From Planctomycetota bacterium (GTDB lineage: Bacteria; Planctomycetota; UBA1135), in NCBI GenBank assembly GCA_004295085.1, contig SHNF01000006.1:3280-67279 (forward strand): a stretch of DNA of 64,000 bases. Direction: 5' to 3'. Shown here in pieces: positions 19,810 to 27,908 of the stretch. The stretch's first letter is position 1. Each line of letters starts with the position of its first letter. The translations under genes were made by a program, and so were the position numbers. The notes under the pieces were generated by a model. The model made no database searches, was not told the DNA's origin, and saw only the letters and a list, made by a program, of their open reading frames with translations.

Positions 19810-20502
19810 ATGCTGCGCATTCTCGCCGCCCTGTTCCTCGCACTGACCGCGTGCCAGACCCGCGGCGCGGGCGTAAAGTCGGAACAGGACTTCACCTGGA
19901 TCTGGCTGCTGACCGGGCCGCGCGACGCCGCGGTGCAAGGAGAGGAGCGCACGGCCGCGTTCCAGGGACACTTCGCCAATATGCAACGGCTGGTCGACGA
20001 GGGCCTGCTGGTGCTCGCCGGACCCTTCGGAGAGCCGCGAGCCCGCTCGGACCACCGCGGCGTGTTCGTGCTCGCCTCCGCCGATCCCGCCGCGGCGCGC
20101 GCCGCCGCCGAGACCGACCCGGCCGTGCGGGCGGGGATCTTCGTGCTGGAGGTCCAGGCCTTCCGTACCGCCAGCGCACTCCAGCGCCTGCCGCAGATGC
20201 ACGAGGATGCGGTGTCAGCTTCCGGCCAGGAGAGCCCGCCGCCCGGCTTCCACGCGCGGCCCTACGTGCTGGTGAGCGCCGCTCCGGCCGCCGAGGCCGA
20301 GCGCGCCATGGCCGCGCGCAGCGGCGGCCCGGCAGTGCTGTTCCAGGGCCGTCTCGGCCAGGGCAGCGGCGAGGTGGCGTTGTTCTGCCTGGACCTGCGC
20401 GACACGCAGCAGATGGCAGCCGCGCTGCCCCCCGGATTCTCGTGGACGGTGATGCCGTGGTTCGCGACGGAAGAGGTGGCGGTGCTCGGCGCTTCGCGTT
20501 GA
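19810..20502 (+). CDS. Lipoprotein with YciI-like domain(s)
   Basis: Lipobox LALTAC and a YciI-like segment (HFANMQRLVDEGLLVLAGPF...DPAVRAGIFVLEV). Confidence 0.7.
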   Translation: MLRILAALFLALTACQTRGAGVKSEQDFTWIWLLTGPRDAAVQGEERTAAFQGHFANMQRLVDEGLLVLAGPFGEPRARSDHRGVFVLASADPAAARAAAETDPAVRAGIFVLEVQAFRTASALQRLPQMHEDAVSASGQESPPPGFHARPYVLVSAAPAAEAERAMAARSGGPAVLFQGRLGQGSGEVALFCLDLRDTQQMAAALPPGFSWTVMPWFATEEVAVLGASR

Positions 20503-20636
20503 GCAGGCCGGACGGCGCCTGCCCGGCGCGCCTGAACGGCGCGGTGTTCGGAGAGCAGACGCCGGAAGGGATGCGGAGATGAGCGAGCCTCCGAATCCAT
20601 CGGCGGAGCCGGGGACGCGCCTACCATCCCACCGGC

Positions 20637-22229
20637 GTGAGCGAGGTCCTGCCCTACCTGATCGCGCTGCTGGCTCTGATGGCGGTGGTGCATCTGGCCG
20701 CGCCGCGCTTGCGCGTGCCGCCGCCGGTCCTGCTGGCGATGGCGGGCGCCGTGGTCGGCAGCGTCCCGGGTCTGCCGCACAACGAGCTGGATCCGGACCT
20801 GGTCCTGGTCCTGTTCCTGCCTCCGCTTCTATACGCCGACGCCTTCGATACCTCGTGGGTGGACTTCCGGCGCTGGCTGCGGCCGATCCTGATGCTGGCG
20901 GTCGGACTGGTGGCGTTCACCATCCTGGTGGTGGGGCTGACCGCGCACTGGCTGCTGCCCTGGCTGCCCCTGCCGGCGTGCTTCATCCTCGGCGCCATCG
21001 TCTCGCCCACGGACACGGTGGCGGTGCAGGCCGTGATCGAGCGCCTGCGCGTGCCGCGCCGCATGACGGCCATCCTGGGCGGCGAGAGCCTGGTGAACGA
21101 CGCCACCGGACTGGTCGGGGTCCAGATCGGCGTTGCCGTGGCGATGAGCGGCATGTTCTCGGCCGGCCGCGTCGCGCTCGACTTCCTGCGGGTGGCGGGC
21201 CTCGGCATTCTGATCGGAGTCGTGATCGGCTGGGCCTTCGCCAGCGTCAACCGCCGCGTGCGCGACGTTCCGGTCCTGTGGGTGCTCTCGCTGCTCTCGC
21301 CTTACCTTGCCTTCTTGATCGCCGCCGAGCTGCGCGCCTCCGGCGTCCTGGCCGTGGTCGTGGCGGGCGCAGTCGTGTCCTGGCGCATCCACGCCATCCA
21401 TTCCGAAGCGCGGGTGCAGCTCTACGCGGCCTGGGGGCTGGCCGTGTTCGTCCTCAACGGCCTGTGCTTCCTGTTCATCGGCATCGAGGCTCCGCACCTG
21501 CTGCGCGAGATCCGCAAGTCAGGCGACAGCGCCGAAGTGCTGCGCGCCGGCCTCTGGATCAGCGCCGCCGTGATCCTGGCGCGGCTGGTGTGGTGCTTCC
21601 CCAACGCCTACCTTCCCCTGTGGTTGTCTCCGCGGCTGCGCCAGCGTGAGGGCGGTTATCCCAGCCCGCGCGGCGTGCTGCTGGTCTCCTGGTGCGGCGT
21701 GCGCGGCGTGATCTCATTGGCGGCCGCCCTCGCGCTCCCGCACACGCTGCCGGACGGCACGCCCTTCCCGGGCCGCGACGCCGTCGTCGCCTGCACGCTG
21801 TGCGTGATCCTCGTGACCCTGATCGGCCAGGGGCTGACGCTGACGCCGCTGATCCGTCTGCTTGGCATCCGCGACGACGAGACCACCGCGGAGGAGGAGC
21901 GCAAGGCGCGCGAGGAGCTGCTGGAGGCCGGGATCGCGCGCCTGGACGAGTTCTGCTCGCAGACCAGCTGCCCGATCTCCGTGCACCACTGGCGCGAGAT
22001 GATGGCCGACGAGCGGATGACCCTGCGCGCCGAGGACGAGGATCAGCGCCAGCGCGCCGGAGCGCGCCTGGCCGTGTCCGCGGAGGTGCGCAAGGCCGTG
22101 CAGGCGGCGCAGGAGGCGGCCCTGCTCCGGCTGCGCGACCGGGGCCGGATCACCGACAAGACCTACCTCGCGCTGCAGCTCGAGCTGGACCGCCACTACC
22201 TCTCCGGAGCGATGCCCGACAATGTCTGA
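20637..22229 (+). CDS. Na+/H+ antiporter (CPA1/NhaP type) with a cytoplasmic C-terminal domain
   Basis: GTG start, polytopic, with LFLPPLLYADAF and ISPTDTVAV motifs typical of CPA1 exchangers. Confidence 0.85.
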   Translation: MSEVLPYLIALLALMAVVHLAAPRLRVPPPVLLAMAGAVVGSVPGLPHNELDPDLVLVLFLPPLLYADAFDTSWVDFRRWLRPILMLAVGLVAFTILVVGLTAHWLLPWLPLPACFILGAIVSPTDTVAVQAVIERLRVPRRMTAILGGESLVNDATGLVGVQIGVAVAMSGMFSAGRVALDFLRVAGLGILIGVVIGWAFASVNRRVRDVPVLWVLSLLSPYLAFLIAAELRASGVLAVVVAGAVVSWRIHAIHSEARVQLYAAWGLAVFVLNGLCFLFIGIEAPHLLREIRKSGDSAEVLRAGLWISAAVILARLVWCFPNAYLPLWLSPRLRQREGGYPSPRGVLLVSWCGVRGVISLAAALALPHTLPDGTPFPGRDAVVACTLCVILVTLIGQGLTLTPLIRLLGIRDDETTAEEERKAREELLEAGIARLDEFCSQTSCPISVHHWREMMADERMTLRAEDEDQRQRAGARLAVSAEVRKAVQAAQEAALLRLRDRGRITDKTYLALQLELDRHYLSGAMPDNV

Positions 22230-22234
22230 GGGAT

Positions 22235-22258
22235 GATTGTCGTGACGTCACGACAATC
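22235..22258. repeat. Perfect 24-nt palindrome GATTGTCGTGAC|GTCACGACAATC (family copy a)
   Basis: Read directly from the sequence. It lies between the antiporter stop and the ygiD start. An extra half-site CGACAAT sits at 22217-22223. Confidence 0.85.
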
Positions 22259-22327
22259 TCTGCGCCGGAGAACTCGGCGCCGGCCCGTCGAATACGAGCC
22301 TTGACCGCTCCTCTTCACCCGCGACGC

Positions 22328-23095
22328 ATGCCGGCCTTGTTCCTTGGCCACGGCAACCCGATGAACGCCGTGGAGGGCAACGCCTGGACGCAGGCCTGGG
22401 AACGGTTGGCCGGAGAGATGCCGCGCCCGCGCGCGATCCTCTCGGTTTCGGCCCACTGGTACGTGCCGGGAGGCCGTGTGACCGGCGAGGAGCGGCCGCG
22501 CACCATCCATGACTTCGGCGGCTTCCCGCGCGCCCTCTACGAGGTCCAGTACCCGGCGCCGGGCTCGCCGGAGCTGGCCCAGCGCGTGCGTGCGCTGTTC
22601 GCGCCGCAGCCGGTGCATCTCGACCGCCAATGGGGGCTCGACCACGGCACCTGGGCGGTCCTGGTACACCTCTTTCCCGGCGCCGACATCCCGGTGGTCC
22701 AGCTCGGCATCGACGAAACCCAGGCCGCGCACGAGCACGACCGGCTCGCGCGCCGTCTGCGCCCGCTGCGCGAGGAAGGGGTACTCGTGCTCGGCTCCGG
22801 CAACGTGGTGCACAACCTGCACACCTACGTTTGGGGCCAGCGCGCGGTGCAGCCCTACGAGTGGGCGCTGCGCTTCGAGTCCACGATCCGCCACTGGATC
22901 AGCGCTCACCATCTGGATCAGGTCGTCGCCTACGAGGCTCTCGGCGCCGACGCCGCGCTCGCGGCGCCGACTCCGGAGCATTTCCTGCCGCTGCTCTACG
23001 TCCTGGCGCAGCACGCCTCCGGAGAGCCGATCACCTTCCCGGTGGAAGGCTTCGACGGCGGCTCGGTGTCGATGCTGGGCGTACGGATAGGCTAG
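22328..23095 (+). CDS. ygiD: 4,5-DOPA dioxygenase extradiol-like (class III extradiol dioxygenase)
   Basis: MPALFLGHGNPMNA..., SAHW, HDFGGFP, LGSGNVVHNL. The ATG at 22328 lies inside the long listed ORF 21692..23095. Confidence 0.85.
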   Translation: MPALFLGHGNPMNAVEGNAWTQAWERLAGEMPRPRAILSVSAHWYVPGGRVTGEERPRTIHDFGGFPRALYEVQYPAPGSPELAQRVRALFAPQPVHLDRQWGLDHGTWAVLVHLFPGADIPVVQLGIDETQAAHEHDRLARRLRPLREEGVLVLGSGNVVHNLHTYVWGQRAVQPYEWALRFESTIRHWISAHHLDQVVAYEALGADAALAAPTPEHFLPLLYVLAQHASGEPITFPVEGFDGGSVSMLGVRIG

Positions 23096-23120
23096 TGGGC
23101 CGATGGGGGAGGACTGAGGA

Positions 23121-23273
23121 ATGATCCGCAAGCTCAAGGATGGCCGCTACCGGCTCTACTCGCGCAAGAAAGACCCGAAGACCGGCAAGCGCCGCAACCT
23201 CGGCACCTTCGCGACGCGGGCGGCGGCGCAGAAGCACGAGCAGGCGGTCCAGTATTTCAAGAGGCGGAGATGA
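23121..23273 (+). CDS. Small basic conserved-looking protein (50 aa)
   Basis: Not in the ORF track. GGGGGAGGA SD 8 nt upstream. Sequence MIRKLKDGRYRLYSRKKDPKTGKRRNLGTFATRAAAQKHEQAVQYFKRRR*. Its stop overlaps the next ATG (ATGA). Confidence 0.6.
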   Translation: MIRKLKDGRYRLYSRKKDPKTGKRRNLGTFATRAAAQKHEQAVQYFKRRR

Positions 23274-23653
23274 GCGCCGGCGCGCGGCGCTTCAGCGCGC
23301 GGGTCGTCGCCGCGCTGCGCGACGCCAAGATGCTGGCCATCCGGGCCGGAGCGGAGCACCGCTTCATCGGCATCTGGGTCGTGGTGGTGGAGGGGCGCGT
23401 GTTCGTGCGCTCGTGGAGCCTGAAGCCGCGCAGCTGGTACCGGACCTTCCTGGAAGAGCCCCGCGGCACGATCCAGGTGGACGGCCGTGAGATCGCGGTG
23501 CGCGCTGTGCAGACGCGCAGCGAGCGCCTGAAGGACGACGTCAGCCGCGCCTATCTGGAGAAATACGACACACCGGGCTCGGTAAAGTATGCCAGGGACC
23601 TCGGCCGCAAGCGCTCGCGCGACACGACCACGGAGCTGCAGCCGTCCGGCTGA
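23270..23653 (+). CDS. DUF2255-like protein
   Basis: 127 aa. IRAGAEHRFIGIWVVVVEGRVFVRSW...FLEEPRGTIQ matches my memory of DUF2255. Confidence 0.7.
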   Translation: MSAGARRFSARVVAALRDAKMLAIRAGAEHRFIGIWVVVVEGRVFVRSWSLKPRSWYRTFLEEPRGTIQVDGREIAVRAVQTRSERLKDDVSRAYLEKYDTPGSVKYARDLGRKRSRDTTTELQPSG

Positions 23654-23656
23654 TGA

Positions 23657-25222
23657 TCACACCGACAAGGCGACGGCGCTGCCTTGCGGGCTGCGCACGT
23701 GCGGGTCCCAGAACTGCCCCTGGTCGTACATGTGGCGCACCTGGGCGTAGGTCAGGATCATCGGCATGATCAGGGAGGTGGCCTCGGGCCGGCGCTCCAG
23801 GGCCTTGCGCACGCGTCCGAGCATGCGCATCTCGGCCTCGCCGCGGCGCGCCACCCGCGCCAGGATGATCTGCACGTCGGTGCGTAGCGAGCCGATGTGG
23901 TGGCCGCCCCAGCTCCTGTCCACGGTGCCGGCGCCAGGGAGGGGGGCCAGCTTGTCCAGCAGGGCCAGCACGCGCTCGCCGAAGCGGTCCGGGTGATAGA
24001 GGCTGTTCGCCAGCCACTTCATGCCCTGGAGCTGCTCGTCCAGGCTCATGTGCTGCGGCTGGATGTTGGTGCTCCAGGGCGCGGCGGTGACCGAGGTCGA
24101 CCGGTCCAGCAGGCGCCCTTCCTTCTGCATGCGGGCGGCCAGCGGCGTGCGGTCCGGAGCGACCAGGGTGCCCAGCGTGAAGATCGGGATCGACGAAGCC
24201 TCGGCGAACTCGAACTGCCACTCGAAGATGCCGGCCCGGTCGGCGTCGAAGCCGACGATCATGCCGGCGAACACCGCGACGCCGCGCTCGTAGAAGCGGT
24301 GCACCAGCTCGACCAGGTCGCCCACCAGGTTCTGGCGCTTGCGGGTCTCCTTCAGCCCCTCGAGATTGGGCGTCTCGATGCCCATGTAGACCTTGCGCAT
24401 GCCGGAGGCGGCGATCAGGTCGAGCAGCTCGTCATCGCGCGCGCCGTCGATGCTGAGCTCGGTCATGAAGCCCATGCGGCCATGCGCGCGGCGCGCGTTC
24501 CAGCCGGCTAGCGCGGCCAGCAGCTCCTTGGCGAAGCGGCGGCTGGCCGAGAAGTTGTCGTCGGCGAAGAACACCTCGCGGTAGCCGATGCCGTAGAGGG
24601 TGTCCAGCTCGGCCAGGATCTGGCCCACCGACTTGGTGCGCTGCTTGCGGCCGACGTAAGGAATGACGTCGCAGAACTCGCACTCGAAGGGGCAGCCGCG
24701 CGAGGTCTGGACCGCGCCCATCAGCGTGCGCTCGTTGGGATAGAGGTCCCAGCGCGGCACCGGAGTCGCGGACAGGTCGGGGCGCTCGCCGGCGTAGTCC
24801 GCGCGCAGCGTGCCCTGCTCGAGGTCGGAGAACAGCTCGCCGGCCACACCCTCCAGCTCGCCCTGCACCAGCACGTCGCAGTGGGCCCGCACCACCTCCG
24901 GGCTGAGCGAGGCGAAGGGCCCGCCGATCAGCACGGTCTTGCCGCGGCGGCGGAACTCGTCGGCGATCGCGAACATGCGGCGCTGCTGCGAGACCTTGCC
25001 GGTGAGGCCGACCACGTCCACGGGCCGCTCGAAGTCCACCGTGGTGACGTTCTCGTTGCAGAACTCGAGATGGATGCCCGGGGGCACCATGGCCGCCACC
25101 GTGGGCAGGCTGAGGTCGGCCACGATCTCGGCGGCCGGGCGGCCTCCCTGCGCGAACACCTCGCCCCCGAAATAGGTCGGGAAGTCCACCGCGGGATTGA
25201 TGAGGTAAAGGCTCCTGGCCAC
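23657..25222 (-). CDS. B12-binding-domain radical SAM protein (with DUF4070-like C-terminus)
   Basis: N-terminal B12-binding-like region, the radical-SAM cluster motif SRGCPFECEFC, and 521 aa. Confidence 0.9.
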   Translation of the reverse strand: MARSLYLINPAVDFPTYFGGEVFAQGGRPAAEIVADLSLPTVAAMVPPGIHLEFCNENVTTVDFERPVDVVGLTGKVSQQRRMFAIADEFRRRGKTVLIGGPFASLSPEVVRAHCDVLVQGELEGVAGELFSDLEQGTLRADYAGERPDLSATPVPRWDLYPNERTLMGAVQTSRGCPFECEFCDVIPYVGRKQRTKSVGQILAELDTLYGIGYREVFFADDNFSASRRFAKELLAALAGWNARRAHGRMGFMTELSIDGARDDELLDLIAASGMRKVYMGIETPNLEGLKETRKRQNLVGDLVELVHRFYERGVAVFAGMIVGFDADRAGIFEWQFEFAEASSIPIFTLGTLVAPDRTPLAARMQKEGRLLDRSTSVTAAPWSTNIQPQHMSLDEQLQGMKWLANSLYHPDRFGERVLALLDKLAPLPGAGTVDRSWGGHHIGSLRTDVQIILARVARRGEAEMRMLGRVRKALERRPEATSLIMPMILTYAQVRHMYDQGQFWDPHVRSPQGSAVALSV

Positions 25223-25346
25223 GGCGTGCTGGGGGATCGGGGCTTGTGAGAGACGGGAGGCCCTAAAGGATAGCCGGTGAATTCGCGGTCAAGGGCCTGG
25301 ATTCTGGGGGAGCCCCCGTCGAACCGGAGCGTATCGAGGAACTAGG

Positions 25347-25368
25347 ATTGTCTCGACGTCGGGACAAT
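25347..25368. repeat. Palindrome family copy b (variant ATTGTCTCGAC|GTCGGGACAAT)
   Basis: It has one arm mismatch and lies in the divergent intergenic region between the rSAM start (25222) and the SBBP gene start (25448). The flanks extend the imperfect dyad (GGAAC...GTTC). Confidence 0.6.
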
Positions 25369-25447
25369 TCCGAGGTTCTCGGAAGGCCGCTGGCGACGGC
25401 TATGCTGGCTTTCCGAGTCTTTTCACATCCCACTCTCCATCGCATCG

Positions 25448-27892
25448 ATGCTCCCCACCGTCACGTCTTTCCTCCTCGTGTGCCAGGCTATGCTTGGCTC
25501 TGCTCCACCGTCCCCGGCACGGCTTCCGGTCTCCTTCGTCGAAAACGCCGGCCAATGGGAGCCATCGCTGCGCTTCCGCGCCGACGCCGGAGCGGTAGTA
25601 GCCGACTGCGAGTCCAGCGCCATCCGCTTGTATCTTCGAACGGATGGCAGGGATGGCGCGCGAGCTGCCGAGATTCGCCTCGCCTTCGGCGCCTCCGACG
25701 GAGGCAGCGCTCCGGAAGGCGTTGGGCTGCTCGCGGAGCGGCGCCATTTCCTGACCGGTGGCGACGAGCGGCTCTGGCGCCGCAACGTCCCGTCCTACAC
25801 CGGTGTGCGATACCGCGGCGTGCACGAGGGCGTGGACCTCTGGCTGCGCCAGGCCGGCGAGCGGCTGGAGTACGACCTCCTGGTCGAGGCCGGCTACGAT
25901 CTGAAAGGCTTCTCCATCTCCTGCGCCGGATCGAGCGGCCTCGCGCTTTCCAATGAGGGATGCCTCATCCTGGAGACGCCGCTTGGCGCGCTGCGCCAGA
26001 CCCCGCCCGTGACCTGGGAGGTGCTGCCGTCCGGAGAACGCAGGCCCGTGGACTGCCGGTTTCAGCTCCTCGGTCCGGACTCCTACGGTTTTGCGGTCTC
26101 CGGCCGCAACGCCGCCCTTCCCATGGTCGTGGACCCGGGACTGGAATGGTCCACCTTCCTGGGCGGCAGTCTCGGCGACCTGATCCTCGAAGTGGCGAGC
26201 ACGCCGCAGGGCGACTGGATCGTCGCCGGCATCACCGGATCGCCCAACTTTCCGGCCTCGGCCGGCGCCTTCGACCTCACGCACGGAGGCTCCGACGACG
26301 GTTTCGTGGCCAAGCTGTCCGCGGACGGCTCGCAGCTGCTCTGGGCCACGTACCTCGGCGGCGGCGGCGACGAGTCGCTGGACGCCCTGGCGGTCGACTC
26401 GGTCGGTCGGCCGGTGATCGTCGGCTATACCGACTCTTCGTCGTTTCCGGCCAATGGCTGGTCCGGACCCGGATGGCGTCGCACTCCGTTTGGCGGCTCG
26501 GACGGTGTGCTGTTCCGGCTCGCGACCGACGGCAGCGACGTCGAATGGTGCACGTACATCGGCGGCAGCGACCAGGACGAGTTGAGCGAGGTCGTTCTGG
26601 CCGCGGGGGACGAGCCTGTCATCTCGGGCATGACCCATTCCAGCGACTATCCGGTTCTCGGCGCCTCGGCGCGACCGTACGCGGGAGGGGAATCCGATCT
26701 CTGCATTTCCCGCTTCGACGCCTCGGGCACCGTGCTCCTCATGAGCACCTGCCTCGGTGGCGGCACGATTGCCCGCGAGGAGAACGCCTTCGCCCTCGAC
26801 CTGCTGCCGTCCGGCGGCGGGGTCGTGACGGCAGGCTACACGCGGGATCCGGCGTTCCCGGCAACGGCTGGCGCGCTGGACACCTCGCTGGGTGGCGTGG
26901 TGGACGGCTGCGCGGCGGTGATCGACCTGAGCACTGGCGGGATCGACGCGGCGACCTTCCTGGGCGGCGGCGGCTCCGCGGCTGAGCAGGTGGATTCACT
27001 GGTGATCCTCCCCAACGGGCAGATCGTCCTGGCCGGCATGACGGAGGCCTCGGACTTCCCGACCACGCCAGGGGCCTACGATCGCAGCTATGCCGATCGC
27101 GGCGACGTCTTCGTCACCGGTCTGACCAGCGCCCTGGCCGGCACGGCGGCCGGAGTGCCACTGTACTCCACATTCCTGGGCACGAGCGGGGACGAGGAGA
27201 ACGCCTGCATCATTCCCGGCCCCGCCGGGTCGCTGATCGTCTCTGGGAGCACGAACTCGGCTCAGTTCCCCACGACTCTCGGCGCCTGGGACACGGTCTT
27301 CAACGGAGCCGCTGGCCTGGACGATGGATTCGTGGCCGCATTCAACTCCAGCGTATCCAGCCTGCTGCACTCCACCTACCTCGGCGGCGACGACCTCGAC
27401 CTGATCACGGCGCTTGCCTCCGCCGGCGGCAACCGGGTGGTCGTGGCCGGCGTCACGCTGTCGGCAAGCTTTCCGGTGCGCAACGGCAACTGGGACACGA
27501 GCTTCAACGGATTCGCCGACGCGTTCCTCGCCCAGCTGGACCTCGCGCCCTGCCCGATCCTCAGTCAGACTCCGCTCCAGCGCGGCCAGCCGGCCACCTT
27601 CCAGGTGTCGGAGGCGATGGCGCAGGAAACCGTGCACCTCCTATACACCTTGAACGGTTCGGGCTTCGGGCCCGCGCCAGGGGAGCTCGGCGGACTCAGG
27701 CTGGACCTGCTGCCTCCCTTGACGCTCCTCGGCCAGCCCGTGGCCAACGCCGGCGGCGTGGCCAGCTTGACGCTGACCATTCCCCCTGGTGCGCCGCTGA
27801 CGACGGTCTGGACCCAGGCGGCAGTGCGCCGCGGCTCAGGCGGCGCGCTGTCGCTGAAGAGCAATGTGATCGCAGCGGCGATCCAGCCCTGA
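25448..27892 (+). CDS. Secreted SBBP/beta-propeller-repeat protein
   Basis: 814 aa. The N-terminal FVENAGQW block is followed by many repeats of the type GG.G.D.g.aiavD..G...v.G.T.S.dFP. Confidence 0.8.
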   Translation: MLPTVTSFLLVCQAMLGSAPPSPARLPVSFVENAGQWEPSLRFRADAGAVVADCESSAIRLYLRTDGRDGARAAEIRLAFGASDGGSAPEGVGLLAERRHFLTGGDERLWRRNVPSYTGVRYRGVHEGVDLWLRQAGERLEYDLLVEAGYDLKGFSISCAGSSGLALSNEGCLILETPLGALRQTPPVTWEVLPSGERRPVDCRFQLLGPDSYGFAVSGRNAALPMVVDPGLEWSTFLGGSLGDLILEVASTPQGDWIVAGITGSPNFPASAGAFDLTHGGSDDGFVAKLSADGSQLLWATYLGGGGDESLDALAVDSVGRPVIVGYTDSSSFPANGWSGPGWRRTPFGGSDGVLFRLATDGSDVEWCTYIGGSDQDELSEVVLAAGDEPVISGMTHSSDYPVLGASARPYAGGESDLCISRFDASGTVLLMSTCLGGGTIAREENAFALDLLPSGGGVVTAGYTRDPAFPATAGALDTSLGGVVDGCAAVIDLSTGGIDAATFLGGGGSAAEQVDSLVILPNGQIVLAGMTEASDFPTTPGAYDRSYADRGDVFVTGLTSALAGTAAGVPLYSTFLGTSGDEENACIIPGPAGSLIVSGSTNSAQFPTTLGAWDTVFNGAAGLDDGFVAAFNSSVSSLLHSTYLGGDDLDLITALASAGGNRVVVAGVTLSASFPVRNGNWDTSFNGFADAFLAQLDLAPCPILSQTPLQRGQPATFQVSEAMAQETVHLLYTLNGSGFGPAPGELGGLRLDLLPPLTLLGQPVANAGGVASLTLTIPPGAPLTTVWTQAAVRRGSGGALSLKSNVIAAAIQP

Positions 27893-27908
27893 GCTCCGGT
27901 TCGTCGCG

